Source: Candidatus Nealsonbacteria bacterium | GTDB lineage: Bacteria; Patescibacteriota; Minisyncoccia; Minisyncoccales; MHMH01 | Direction of reading: 5' to 3' | DNA length: 64,000 bases | NCBI GenBank assembly: GCA_016188865.1 | Contig: JACPGX010000005.1 | Location: forward strand, 179,317-243,316 | Part shown: piece by piece, positions 25,618-35,461 of the stretch | How positions within the stretch are numbered: the first letter of the stretch is position 1 | How the letters are laid out: every line of letters starts with the position of its first letter | Translations under genes and position numbers: made by a program | Notes under the pieces: model-generated | The model's database searches: none | Seen by the model: the letters and a program-made list of their open reading frames with translations, nothing else | Told to the model about the DNA's origin: nothing

Positions 25618-26871
25618 ATGATACGTAATTTACTCAAACGCTATTACAAATTCAATGCATTTTGGCCGGGGCAGGAAGAAATTATTCAAAGCATCTTAGA
25701 TGGCCGCGATACTTTGGCCGTTATGCCCACGGGCGGCGGTAAATCGCTCTGCTATCAGCTGCCTGCCTTGGTTTTGGAAGGAATAACGCTGGTGATCTCG
25801 CCCTTAATTGCGCTTATGAAAGACCAGGTGGATGTGCTTAAAAAACGGGGAGTGGCCGCCGCGTTTATCAATTCATCGCTTACGGAAAAAGAGGTGAAAA
25901 AGAGAACCAATGAGGCGTTAAAGGGAAAAATAAAAGTTCTGTATATTGCCCCGGAGCGCTTAAACAGCGCTTTTAGTTCGGTTTTACGGGAAATTCCCAT
26001 AAGTTTAGCGGCCATTGATGAAGCGCATTGCGTCTCAACCTGGGGCCACGATTTTCGTCCGGATTACCGCGTCATTAAAGAATGCATTGATTCTTTGCCA
26101 AAACGTCCCATTGTGGCTGGTTTTACCGCCACTGCCACGCCCGAAGTGAGACAAGATATCGTGGAGCGTTTAGGACTCAAAAAGCCGCAGATTTTTGTCA
26201 GGGGATTTGATCGGCCTAATTTGCGTTTTTTTACTTCGGGATGGCTGGATGAATTTACGCGCGACTCGGAAGTTTTGCGTCTGGCAAAGTCCTTGCCGAA
26301 ACCGGGCATTGTGTATGTGGGCAAGCGCGATAAAGCGGAAGAACTCGCCGCTTATCTAACGGAAAGCGGAGTTTCTTCAATCTCATACCACGCCGGACTG
26401 AAAGCGGGGGATAGGACGGATATCCAAGAGGCATTTATGGGGGGCAAAGTATCGGTGATTGTCGCCACGGTCGCCTTTGGCATGGGGATAGACAAGGCCG
26501 ATGTGCGTTTTGTCATACACGCGGGCATGCCCGGAACTCTGGAAAGATATTATCAGGAAGCCGGACGCGCGGGCCGCGACTCTAAACCGGCCACCTGCGT
26601 TTTACTGCATAGCGGCCAAGACAGCGCGCTTCAGAACTATTTTATTAACAAGAGTTATGAGGATTCAATAGAGCGCGGTAAGCCGGAAGATGAGGCCGCG
26701 GCAGTACGCGATTTGAAATACCAAAAGCTTAAACAAATGGAAAAATATGTTATGGCAAATTCCTGCAAAAGAAGGATAATCCTGGATTATTTTGGGGATG
26801 AAAAGACGCGCAAAGAAGAAAATTGTCACGGTTGCGATTACTGTCTTGGTTTACAGGGTATGGTACAATAA
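25618..26871 (+). CDS. recQ: RecQ-family DNA helicase (short form: helicase core + Zn-binding, no HRDC)
   Basis: FWPGQEEIIQSILDGRDTLAVMPTGGGKSLCYQLPA, DEAHC, and C-terminal CxxxxC...CHGCDYC. Confidence 0.9.
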   Translation: MIRNLLKRYYKFNAFWPGQEEIIQSILDGRDTLAVMPTGGGKSLCYQLPALVLEGITLVISPLIALMKDQVDVLKKRGVAAAFINSSLTEKEVKKRTNEALKGKIKVLYIAPERLNSAFSSVLREIPISLAAIDEAHCVSTWGHDFRPDYRVIKECIDSLPKRPIVAGFTATATPEVRQDIVERLGLKKPQIFVRGFDRPNLRFFTSGWLDEFTRDSEVLRLAKSLPKPGIVYVGKRDKAEELAAYLTESGVSSISYHAGLKAGDRTDIQEAFMGGKVSVIVATVAFGMGIDKADVRFVIHAGMPGTLERYYQEAGRAGRDSKPATCVLLHSGQDSALQNYFINKSYEDSIERGKPEDEAAAVRDLKYQKLKQMEKYVMANSCKRRIILDYFGDEKTRKEENCHGCDYCLGLQGMVQ

Positions 26872-26890
26872 AAAATAAGAGCTATAGCAA

Positions 26891-27241
26891 ATGAGGTGGT
26901 TTTTAAGGTCAAAAATTCATAAGGCAACGGTTACCGACCAAAACTTAAATTATGTCGGGAGCATAGGCATAGATAAGGCGCTTATAAAAAAAGCCGGTTT
27001 TTTACCTGGAGAAAAAGTTTTGGTGGTTGATAATACCAATGGGGCGAGATTAGAAACTTATGTTATTGAAGAAAAAGAAAATTCGGGGAAAATAGCCGTC
27101 TACGGAGCCGCCTGTCATTTAATTAAAAAAGGTAATATAATTATTATTATGGGATTCGAATTAGGCCAGAAACCCATTGAGCCCAAAATTGTATTTGTCG
27201 ATAAAAATAACAGTCCTTTAAAAAAGCCACCCAAAAAATAA
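26891..27241 (+). CDS. panD: Aspartate 1-decarboxylase
   Basis: LRSKIHKATVTDQNLNYVGSIGID (the YVGS processing-site region) and NGARLETYVI. Confidence 0.9.
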   Translation: MRWFLRSKIHKATVTDQNLNYVGSIGIDKALIKKAGFLPGEKVLVVDNTNGARLETYVIEEKENSGKIAVYGAACHLIKKGNIIIIMGFELGQKPIEPKIVFVDKNNSPLKKPPKK

Positions 27242-27252
27242 GGAGGCGGCAA

Positions 27253-27690
27253 ATGTCAGAAGAAAAAGAAAAGAAAAACATTTTCAAAGAGTTTATTGAG
27301 CAGCTTGACCAGATAGATGATTTAGCTAAGGATCGCGACGTCCAAAATGTTGACGAGGCCCTAACTAAGTGGATTCAAACGAATTATCCCAAAGGATTTG
27401 AATTTGATTATAACAGGAGAGATTTGATGATTAAAATGATCAAAAAATCTGCTGAAATAAGTGATTTGATAATGAAGTCTAAACTCCGGACCTACCTTGA
27501 TGCCATTATTGCAATGAGGTGGCAGCAAATTGCTGATGAAGAAACAGAGAGAGCTAAAAGGGCGGGCAGGACGCTAAATCAATATAATGTTCTTATGAAG
27601 TTTGCAAGAGAAATTTTCGTTTTAGGTTATTGCTTAAGAAGTCTGGAGAAAGAAATAGAAAAAGACCAGCAGGATAAAGACAAAAAATAA
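27253..27690 (+). CDS. Hypothetical protein
   Basis: 145-aa ORF with GGAGG upstream. Charged/coiled-coil composition. Confidence 0.5.
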   Translation: MSEEKEKKNIFKEFIEQLDQIDDLAKDRDVQNVDEALTKWIQTNYPKGFEFDYNRRDLMIKMIKKSAEISDLIMKSKLRTYLDAIIAMRWQQIADEETERAKRAGRTLNQYNVLMKFAREIFVLGYCLRSLEKEIEKDQQDKDKK

Positions 27691-27751
27691 TAAAAAATGC
27701 CGAACAGAGATGCTTGGCATTTTCGTTTGGTTTAGAGTATAATATTTTTAT

Positions 27752-28435
27752 ATGGAAATTTTACCAGCTATCACAACGATTTTTGACTGGCAGAGCAAAG
27801 TTGAGGAAATAAAAAAAATAGGCCTGGAAGAAGTGGCCCTTTTTCCAACTTGTCTCAACCCCCGGGAAAGGGGAAAACTTTACGATTTACTGAAGGGAAC
27901 TAAAATTAAAAAAATTCCTTTCGTTCACTTAAGGTCCGATATGGCAAAAGACGAAATTTATTATTTGATTAAAAATTACCATACCCGAGTTTTTAATATG
28001 CACACTAAAAGGGAATATCCCTATCCTCCGGACTGTCAAGAATATAGGGATATGATTTACATCGAGAATACTTATGACCCTTTTGACGAAAAGGAAATTC
28101 AGGAGTTTGCCGGGATATGCTTAGATTTCGCTCATCTTGCAAACAGTAAAATATTTAAGTCTGATATGTACTCGCACAATATCAAGCTAATAGAAAAATA
28201 TGGATGTGGCTGTAATCATGTTGCCCCAGCTAAAAATTATTCCATTTTTGAAAAAGAAGTAAAACTTTCCGAGGGTCAGCATGCACATATTTTAGATAAT
28301 TTGTCGGAATTGGATTACTTAAAGGAATTTCCTAAAAAGTATTTTGGAAAATTTGTCGCTCTTGAGCTGGAAAACAGCATTAAAGAGCAGCTGGAAGCAA
28401 AAAATTATATAAGTGGTATAATAAAAATAGCATGA
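27752..28435 (+). CDS. Hypothetical protein
   Basis: 227-aa ORF. No family recognised. Confidence 0.5.
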   Translation: MEILPAITTIFDWQSKVEEIKKIGLEEVALFPTCLNPRERGKLYDLLKGTKIKKIPFVHLRSDMAKDEIYYLIKNYHTRVFNMHTKREYPYPPDCQEYRDMIYIENTYDPFDEKEIQEFAGICLDFAHLANSKIFKSDMYSHNIKLIEKYGCGCNHVAPAKNYSIFEKEVKLSEGQHAHILDNLSELDYLKEFPKKYFGKFVALELENSIKEQLEAKNYISGIIKIA

Positions 28436-28836
28436 CTTATCAAGCATTACTTTTTACCTTAGCTGCCATAGGAATTTCAGAAACCGTATATTTGCTTCGC
28501 AAGAGACTGGCTAAAGAAAAACCAGTTTGCTTTATTGGCGGAGAATGCCACAAAGTTTTAGAGAGCAAATATAATAGATTATTCGTTGTTCCCAACGAAG
28601 CTGCCGGCTTGGCTTTATATATTATTATAGCTTTTGTCGCTGCGTTTTCGCTTCTTGAAATAGAACCTGTTTTATGGTGGAACCAGTTATTAAAAATGCT
28701 GGTTTTTGCAGGGGCTGTTATTTCCTTCGGCCTCATTTTTCTCCAATGGCGGGTGATTAAAGCCTGGTGTTTTTGGTGTCTATTGTCAGCTACTACAATT
28801 TTTTTAATGGCAATTATTGCATTAGCATTAAAATAA
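28432..28836 (+). CDS. Vitamin K epoxide reductase (VKOR) family membrane protein
   Basis: 4 TM segments, loop cysteines (KPVCFIGGEC) and the CxxC motif in TM4 (CFWC). Confidence 0.7.
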   Translation: MTYQALLFTLAAIGISETVYLLRKRLAKEKPVCFIGGECHKVLESKYNRLFVVPNEAAGLALYIIIAFVAAFSLLEIEPVLWWNQLLKMLVFAGAVISFGLIFLQWRVIKAWCFWCLLSATTIFLMAIIALALK

Positions 28837-28840
28837 ATAC

Positions 28841-29212
28841 ATGAAAACAGCATCTTTTCACATTCTTAGAGTAGGCATGGCCGTTACTTTTTTGTGGATA
28901 GGCATTTTGATTTTAAAAGAGCCGGAGGCATGGGGAGATTTTATTCAGCCATGGGCGGCAGATATCCTGCCCGTTTCTTTAAAAACTGCTATGCTAGGGA
29001 GTGCTATTTTAGATATTTCAGTCGGATTCCTGCTTTTAATAGGCTATTTTACCTGGCAAGCCTCTTTATTGGCTAGTTTTCACCTTATTACCGTCCTAGC
29101 GGTGGCCGGGATTAATGCCATAACCATAAGAGATCTTGGACTTTTAGCTGCAAGCTTAGCTCTTTTAGTCAGTTCTTTCCCCATTAAAGGTCGTTTTAAT
29201 ATTAATAATTAA
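28841..29212 (+). CDS. Small polytopic membrane protein (DoxX-like?)
   Basis: 123 aa, 4 hydrophobic helices. Confidence 0.45.
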   Translation: MKTASFHILRVGMAVTFLWIGILILKEPEAWGDFIQPWAADILPVSLKTAMLGSAILDISVGFLLLIGYFTWQASLLASFHLITVLAVAGINAITIRDLGLLAASLALLVSSFPIKGRFNINN

Positions 29213-29223
29213 TTTTTAAATTT

Positions 29224-29589
29224 ATGATTTTTCCTCAATTAATTCAATATAGCGATTTTGGTATTTTCCTTTTGCGTTTAGCAGTTGGTTTGATATTTTT
29301 GATCCATGGAACTCAAAAATTAGCAATGTGGAAGATGAAACCGTCTCCAGAAATGCCTTCCAAAATGATAAATATAATGAGGGCGCTTTCTGTAGTCGAA
29401 CCAGTAAGCAGTTTGGTTTTAATTTCAGGCATTTTTACCCAACTGGCAGCTGGAGCCTTGGCCTTGGTCATGGTGGGGGCGATTTACTTCAAGGCAGTGG
29501 TTTGGAAAAAGAAATTTAGCGAACCGGGTGGCTGGGAATTTGACTTTATTTTGCTGGCAGCCAATTTAGCTATCATATTAAACGGCTAG
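29224..29589 (+). CDS. DoxX family membrane protein
   Basis: FLLRLAVGLIFLIHGTQKL is a typical DoxX N-terminus. Confidence 0.6.
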   Translation: MIFPQLIQYSDFGIFLLRLAVGLIFLIHGTQKLAMWKMKPSPEMPSKMINIMRALSVVEPVSSLVLISGIFTQLAAGALALVMVGAIYFKAVVWKKKFSEPGGWEFDFILLAANLAIILNG

Positions 29590-29604
29590 GAATTGATAAA
29601 TTAC

Positions 29605-30201
29605 ATGAAAAACTACGGTGAAATTAAAAATTTGCCTTTTAAAGAATTAAAAGGTATTTCTCAAAAGACGATTGATATTCACTGGGGCAAGCTTTATCAG
29701 GGATATGTTAAGAAATGGCAGGAAATCATGGAGAAATTGGAGAAAATTGACCTAACCCAAGCCAATGCCACTTACTCCGAAGCAAGAGAATTGAAAGTAG
29801 AACAAACATTCGCCGCTAATGCCGTGCTTTTGCACGAAGCTTATTTTGACATATTGGGGGGAGATGGGAAACCCGGAACGGAAAAAATTATTGAAACTAT
29901 TGCCAGAGATTACGATTCTTTTGACAATTGGCTGACTCATTTTAAGGCTTTGGGAATGGCCTCTCGCGGCTGGGTAGTTTTAGCTTATGATTTTAACGAT
30001 GGAAAATTAAGAAATTACATAGCCGATGCCCATAATCTTTACGGCATTTGGGGAGCGGCCCCTATTGTTGTTTTAGATATGTACGAGCATGCTTATTTTA
30101 TAGACTTTGGCTCTGATAAAAAAGCTTACATCGAGGCCTACTTTCAAAATCTCAACTGGCAGAAAATAGGGGATAAGTATAATAAAATTGTAGGTAAATA
30201 A
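29605..30201 (+). CDS. Fe/Mn superoxide dismutase
   Basis: HWGKLYQGYV and DMYEHAYFIDFG motifs. Track start 29593 is TTG; first ATG is at 29605. Confidence 0.85.
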   Translation: MKNYGEIKNLPFKELKGISQKTIDIHWGKLYQGYVKKWQEIMEKLEKIDLTQANATYSEARELKVEQTFAANAVLLHEAYFDILGGDGKPGTEKIIETIARDYDSFDNWLTHFKALGMASRGWVVLAYDFNDGKLRNYIADAHNLYGIWGAAPIVVLDMYEHAYFIDFGSDKKAYIEAYFQNLNWQKIGDKYNKIVGK

Positions 30202-30355
30202 AATGAAAGGCGGTAAAAAATCATCTCAAAAAGTAATCTTTATAAAAAAAGATTTTCAATTGCCCAAAACGACAGTTAAATTTCGTTCGAGCAATGCAGC
30301 CCCGCGCTTAGAGCACCGCAGGGTAGGGGAATAGGCTATTAATATTGTGCGACAT

Positions 30356-31312
30356 TTAGTCTTTGAGATTTTTACCGCTATGATACTGGCGGTGAACATC
30401 TCTTAGGTGTTTGTTGGTTACGTGAGTATAAATTTGGGTGCTGGTGATGCTACGGTGCCCCAAGAATTCTTGAATAGTTCTTAAATCAACTCCTTGTTCC
30501 AATAAATCGGTTGCCATGCTGTGTCTAAGTGTGTGGGGAGTGGTAAAAATGGGTATTCCGGACAGAATATCATATTTTTTAAGCAATCTTTCTATTGATC
30601 TGGGAGTCAAACGTCTGTCAGATCCTTTTTGGGTTTTATAGTTTATAAACAAGGGTTTTTCTTTATCTTGGCGGGCGATTAAGTATTTTTTTATCCATAA
30701 AAGAGCTCTTTCGGAAAAATAAACCGTTCGGGGATAACTGCCTTTGCCGATTATGCCCAGCTCCAAGTCTTTTTTATCTTTTATATTAGCAAACTGTTCC
30801 TTATTAAGGTTGGTTAATTCAGCTATTCTCAAGCCGGTAGAAAAAAGAGATTCCAAAATGGCCCTGTCGCGCAAGCCATCGGGCTTTCTGGTATCGGGAG
30901 CCAATAAGAGCTTCTCGATCTGTTCTATAGTAAGGAATTTAACAGTTTTTTGGGCTCTGGCATCCTTTGGGAGGGCTATTTTCTCCGGAGGCAGTGAAAC
31001 TATGTCTTTAGCTATAAAATAGCCCAAAATGGCCCTTAAAGCGATAAGATAGTAGCTTTGAGTACTCTTCTTTAAGGGAAGGCCTTTCTTGGCCTGGGAA
31101 CGGGATAAGTGCAGCCTGTAAGCCCAAACATCCTCGGAAGATAGCTCATGCGGCTTAAGGCTGGTTTTTTGAGTGGATTTTAACCAATATACTAATTTAT
31201 CGAGATATCTTTTGTAGTTCTCTTGTGTTTTATCCGACAAGCCTTTTTCCACTTCGCAGTAATCCAAAAAGTCGGGGATATGATTTATTATTGATTTTTC
31301 CGAATGACTCAT
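30356..31312 (-). CDS. xerC: Tyrosine recombinase, XerC/XerD family
   Basis: C-terminal HTLRHSMATDLLEQGVDLRTIQEFLGHRSITSTQIYTHV (R..HxxR..Y catalytic pattern) and an N-terminal SAM-like domain. Confidence 0.85.
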   Translation of the reverse strand: MSHSEKSIINHIPDFLDYCEVEKGLSDKTQENYKRYLDKLVYWLKSTQKTSLKPHELSSEDVWAYRLHLSRSQAKKGLPLKKSTQSYYLIALRAILGYFIAKDIVSLPPEKIALPKDARAQKTVKFLTIEQIEKLLLAPDTRKPDGLRDRAILESLFSTGLRIAELTNLNKEQFANIKDKKDLELGIIGKGSYPRTVYFSERALLWIKKYLIARQDKEKPLFINYKTQKGSDRRLTPRSIERLLKKYDILSGIPIFTTPHTLRHSMATDLLEQGVDLRTIQEFLGHRSITSTQIYTHVTNKHLRDVHRQYHSGKNLKD

Positions 31313-31447
31313 AAATTTTACTAATATTAGGGGAGTAAGTAAGCCCCTTCCACAGTGTCTCTTTATCGCTATTATGCGACGCTACTTATATTCATAATAA
31401 CAGGCCCGAAAGGGCCGTCAAGTACCTCCCCTATGATAATGAGGGGG

Positions 31448-31843
31448 CTATTTTAATAAATCCTTAAACCTTTGCCAAAGGTCATCTTGCATCTCTTTGC
31501 TTTCTTCCTGAAACTGCCGTTCAAGAGCCGGCCGTCTTTTTCCAATTTCTTTATTAAGCCACGGCTCAACTATTGGCCCCAAAGTGCCGTTCCAGAGGCC
31601 TAAAAACCAAGCCCACATATTTCTCCAAAAAGGCATAGCTTCGCCTTCCCAAACCCTTTTTGCGGCCTCTGGCAGCTTCTGAAGTATCCCTAGCGCGAGC
31701 GAGCCTGCCTCCCCTACAGTCTGTGGTACTTCTACTCCCAATTCTTCATGAATTTCCCCCCCATGAGCCAACCCAAAACTCGGCAGAGCCAGACTAATGG
31801 CTATCAGAATATTAACTATTATTTTATATCTCGAGTTTTGCAT
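31448..31843 (-). CDS. Hypothetical secreted protein
   Basis: 131 aa with signal-peptide-like N-terminus IIVNILIAISLALPSFGLAHG. Confidence 0.5.
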   Translation of the reverse strand: MQNSRYKIIVNILIAISLALPSFGLAHGGEIHEELGVEVPQTVGEAGSLALGILQKLPEAAKRVWEGEAMPFWRNMWAWFLGLWNGTLGPIVEPWLNKEIGKRRPALERQFQEESKEMQDDLWQRFKDLLK

Positions 31844-33215
31844 TTTGAATTCTTTTTAGAGTCCTTTTTTTACCAAGCGCCTCTGCTACCTCAAAGGGTC
31901 CAGCCGAGGCTTTCTTGCCCGTAAGAGCTACTCTTAGGGGCCATAACAAAGTGCCCCTATCTTCCATTCTCTCTGCTTCAGGCATTAAAATTTTCTCTAA
32001 ATTTTCTTTTTTCCATTCCTTTTCAGAAATGTCGCACAATATTTTGTTAAGATTATCTAAAACTTTTTTCATTTCCCCATCGGTCATATCTTTCCACTTT
32101 AAAAGTTCTTTATCGTATTCTAACACATCTTTAAATAAAAAGTCAGTCAATTCGGCAATTTCAGAAAGTTTTTTTAGACGATCTTGATATAAGGAGACGG
32201 CTTTTTCAAGGTCTTCCTTATCGGCTTTGGGTAAATATAGTCGACAAAGCTCAGCTAATTCTTCAATGGATTTTTGCCGGATATAAACTCCGTTTAAATA
32301 ATTCAGCCGCTGAATGTTAAATATCGCTCCCCCTTTCTGAACTTTATCCAAAGAAAAATCTTCTATTAATTCTTCCATTGAATAAATTTCTTTTTCTCCT
32401 CCGGGATTCCAGCCCAAAAATGCCATAAAATTAATTATCGCCTCCGGTAAATAGCCTTCTTTTCTGTATTCGGTAACAGAAGTTGCTCCATGGCGTTTGC
32501 TTAATTTACTGCGGTCTGGTCCCAAGATTAAAGGCAAGTGGCCGAATTGCGGCTGGGGAAAATTCAAAGCTTCTTCCAGAAGTATTTGTTTTGGAGTATT
32601 GGAAAGATGATCTTCCCCTCTGATTACATGAGAAATTTCCATTTCAAAGTCATCAATCACTACGGCAAAATTATAAAGGGGCGTGGTTATGTCCTTAGCG
32701 ATTGAGAAGTCCCCTATTAAAGAAGAGTCAAACTCGACTTTACCCCTGATTAGGTCTTTAAATGCGACTTTTTTTATGGGCGATTTGAATCTAATAATCG
32801 ATTTTTTGCCTTCGGCCAGATTTTTTTTGATTTCCTCATCAGAAAGGTCGCGGCATTTGCCGCTGTAAATTTGGGGCACTCCCCCGTCTATTTGCTTTTG
32901 CGGGCAAAAACAGCGATAGGCCTCCCCTTCATTTAAAAGTTTTTCCAAATATTTAGCGTAAGTTTCAATTCTTTCCGATTGTCTGTAAAATTCATCCCAT
33001 TCAATGCCCAGCCATTTTAGATTATCTATAATATCTTTTTCAAATTTTTTATCAGACCTTTCCAAATCGGTATCTTCAATTCTTAAGATAAATTTTCCCT
33101 TATTTTTTTTGGCAAACAAATAATTAAAAAGCGCGGACCTGGCAGTTCCGATATGCAAATACCCCGTGGGCGACGGCGCTATCCTGACTCTGATTTGTTT
33201 TAATTCTTTCGTCAT
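31824..33215 (-). CDS. gltX: Glutamate--tRNA ligase
   Basis: RVRIAPSPTGYLHIGTARSALFNYL (HIGH region) and KLSKRHG (KMSKS). Confidence 0.95.
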   Translation of the reverse strand: MTKELKQIRVRIAPSPTGYLHIGTARSALFNYLFAKKNKGKFILRIEDTDLERSDKKFEKDIIDNLKWLGIEWDEFYRQSERIETYAKYLEKLLNEGEAYRCFCPQKQIDGGVPQIYSGKCRDLSDEEIKKNLAEGKKSIIRFKSPIKKVAFKDLIRGKVEFDSSLIGDFSIAKDITTPLYNFAVVIDDFEMEISHVIRGEDHLSNTPKQILLEEALNFPQPQFGHLPLILGPDRSKLSKRHGATSVTEYRKEGYLPEAIINFMAFLGWNPGGEKEIYSMEELIEDFSLDKVQKGGAIFNIQRLNYLNGVYIRQKSIEELAELCRLYLPKADKEDLEKAVSLYQDRLKKLSEIAELTDFLFKDVLEYDKELLKWKDMTDGEMKKVLDNLNKILCDISEKEWKKENLEKILMPEAERMEDRGTLLWPLRVALTGKKASAGPFEVAEALGKKRTLKRIQNAKLEI

Positions 33216-34342
33216 AATTTTTTGAAATAGTTCATTATGTATTCGGCGATTAAACGGCTTGACTCGGGTTTGGCGAATGATTTGGCGGCATTGGACATTT
33301 TTTCCAGCTCGCCCGGAATGGCGAACAAGTACTTTATTTTTTCTAAAAGAAAATGGGGCGTTAAGTTCGCTTCCTCAATAACAACAGTAGCTCCCCTTGC
33401 GATGCCGGCGTAAACATAAGCATTTTTGGCTTGATGATCTTGAGCGGCATTGGCCAGGGGAATTAAAATGCTTGGTTTGCCTAAAGCCGCAATTTCAAAA
33501 ATAGCCCCAGAGCCTGCTCTACTTAAGACGAGCTCAGCTGCGGCATAGGCTTCCCTTAATTCTATTTCTTTCAAAAAGCCGATTGGATGATAATATTTTT
33601 CCAGCTCCTTACTGATAACAACCTTAGATTCTTTTTGAACCTGCTCAAAGTTTTTCTCGCCCGTTTGATGAATTATTTCAAACTCAGATAAAATTTGAGG
33701 TAAAATTTCAAGGAGCGTATCGTTAATAATTTGAGCTCCCTGGGAGCCGCCCATTATCAATATAACAGGTTTTCCGCTCATTAAATTAAAAATTTTTTGG
33801 GTATTTTCCTTAGAACCGCGTAATAATTCTATTCTTACGGGATTCCCAAGGGAGACCATTTTTTTCTCAGAAAAATACTCTGTTTGGGATATCGGAAAAG
33901 AAACTAAAATTTTTGAGACTAATTTACTTAAAAATCGATTTGTTAAACCGGGCGCGACATCAGCTTCGTGGAGAACTATGGGAATTTGTAAAAACCAGCC
34001 GGAGAGAACCGGAGCCAAAGATCCAAAACCGCCTTTACTGAAAATGAAATCCGGGGCGAGGAAAAAAATATAGAAAAAAGACTGCAAAAAACCGAAGGGA
34101 ATTTTGAAAGCATCAAAAAGATTTTGCAAAATGCCCGAAATGGTAAAATATCTTCTTATTTTGCCCGCTAAAACGGTTTTTATTTTTATATCTTCCTGAG
34201 AAAGCAAAATTGAGGCAAAATCATCTTTAGGGCCGATATAATAAAACTGCCAATCCAAACCAAGCCGTCTTAGTTCTCTGGCTACGGCAATAATCGGAAA
34301 AATATGTCCGGCGCTGCCGCCGCCGATAAAAAGTATTTTCAT
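33212..34342 (-). CDS. murG: UDP-GlcNAc:undecaprenyl-PP-MurNAc-pentapeptide GlcNAc transferase
   Basis: KILFIGGGSAGHIFPIIAVAREL N-terminus, in dcw context. Confidence 0.9.
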   Translation of the reverse strand: MKILFIGGGSAGHIFPIIAVARELRRLGLDWQFYYIGPKDDFASILLSQEDIKIKTVLAGKIRRYFTISGILQNLFDAFKIPFGFLQSFFYIFFLAPDFIFSKGGFGSLAPVLSGWFLQIPIVLHEADVAPGLTNRFLSKLVSKILVSFPISQTEYFSEKKMVSLGNPVRIELLRGSKENTQKIFNLMSGKPVILIMGGSQGAQIINDTLLEILPQILSEFEIIHQTGEKNFEQVQKESKVVISKELEKYYHPIGFLKEIELREAYAAAELVLSRAGSGAIFEIAALGKPSILIPLANAAQDHQAKNAYVYAGIARGATVVIEEANLTPHFLLEKIKYLFAIPGELEKMSNAAKSFAKPESSRLIAEYIMNYFKKL

Positions 34343-34348
34343 TTTAAT

Positions 34349-35452
34349 TTAAGTATAATTTCTGGATATATTTAATAATATGCCCACTCCGATTAATTCA
34401 GCTATTATAGCAGACCCGCCGTAACTTATAAATGGCATAGGTATGCCGGTAAGCGGCGTAATGGCTAGCATGGCGCCGATATTGACGAATGCCTGAATTA
34501 TTATCCAGCAGGTAATTCCGAAAGAGGCTAATTTGCAAAAGCCAATTGTTTCTTTAGCAATTTTCATGCCTCGATAAGTAAAAATTAAAAAAAGCAAAAT
34601 AAGGACAAGAGCGCCCATGAACCCAGTTTCTTCAGAAAAAACAGCAAAAATTGAATCTGCCATAGGTTCCGGTAAAAATCCCAATTTTTGAATGCTCATT
34701 CCCAATCCTCTGCCCCAAAAACCGCCCGAACCTACGGCGATTAAGGCTTGTTTTATTTGGTAACTCATTCCCATGGGATCTGTGTCGGGGCGAAGAAAAA
34801 CTAAAATTCTTTCAAATCTGTATGGCGCGATTTTAATTAAAACAGCTAGAACAGCTAAAGCGCCGGAAAATATCATTAAATTATATTTCCATGGGCTACC
34901 CGAGAGAAAATATATTAAAATTCCGCAAGCTGCGATAATTCCTAAAGTGCTGACATTCGGTTGTAAAATTAAAAGCAAAGCGACTAGCCCCAAAATTACC
35001 AGAAAGGCTGTTAAAATCTTAGAGTAATTCTTTTTATTTTTTTGGGCCGTTTGCGGGAGCCAAGCGGCTAAATAAAGAATAAAGGTTAATTTTAAGAATT
35101 CCGATGGCTGCAAAGAAGTGAATCCCAAGTTCAGCCAACGACTGGCTCCCCCAAGCGTTATGCCGATTTTAGGAAAGAAAACTAATGCCGTCAAAAATAA
35201 GCTTATTAATAAAAAAAATGGGGCTCGTTTTTCCCAAAAAGCCAAAGGAACTTTATAGGCTATGAATCCCAATAGAATACCCGGCGCTAGCCCGACTAAG
35301 AGGTGTCTAATCAGATAAAAGTAGGGGGAGCCGAATTTTTGTTGAGAAATGGCAGTAGAAACGCTTGCAAGGACAATGATGCCCAGCAAAAGTAAAATCG
35401 TTGTTATTAGCGCCAAAATATAATCTGGGCGGCCATTCTTTGTTCCCCTCAT
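34349..35452 (-). CDS. ftsW: SEDS-family peptidoglycan polymerase FtsW
   Basis: Polytopic 367 aa with LQPSEF, GLGMS and PFISYGGSA motifs. Lies between murD and murG. Confidence 0.85.
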   Translation of the reverse strand: MRGTKNGRPDYILALITTILLLLGIIVLASVSTAISQQKFGSPYFYLIRHLLVGLAPGILLGFIAYKVPLAFWEKRAPFFLLISLFLTALVFFPKIGITLGGASRWLNLGFTSLQPSEFLKLTFILYLAAWLPQTAQKNKKNYSKILTAFLVILGLVALLLILQPNVSTLGIIAACGILIYFLSGSPWKYNLMIFSGALAVLAVLIKIAPYRFERILVFLRPDTDPMGMSYQIKQALIAVGSGGFWGRGLGMSIQKLGFLPEPMADSIFAVFSEETGFMGALVLILLFLIFTYRGMKIAKETIGFCKLASFGITCWIIIQAFVNIGAMLAITPLTGIPMPFISYGGSAIIAELIGVGILLNISRNYT

Positions 35453-35461
35453 ACTGCTATT

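Noticed and set aside
30203-30334. 43-aa basic ORF (MKGGKKSSQKVIF...) between the SOD and recombinase genes
   Set aside because: No RBS, no recognisable motif, and it lies in a convergent spacer. There is insufficient support to call it.
30202-31447. The Xer-type recombinase as the integrase of an island spanning 20991-30355
   Set aside because: I found no convincing direct repeats (att-like) between the copA-proximal spacer and the recombinase flanks; only a 7-nt CTGTGGA match. The protein looks like a standard XerC/D. Left as unproven.
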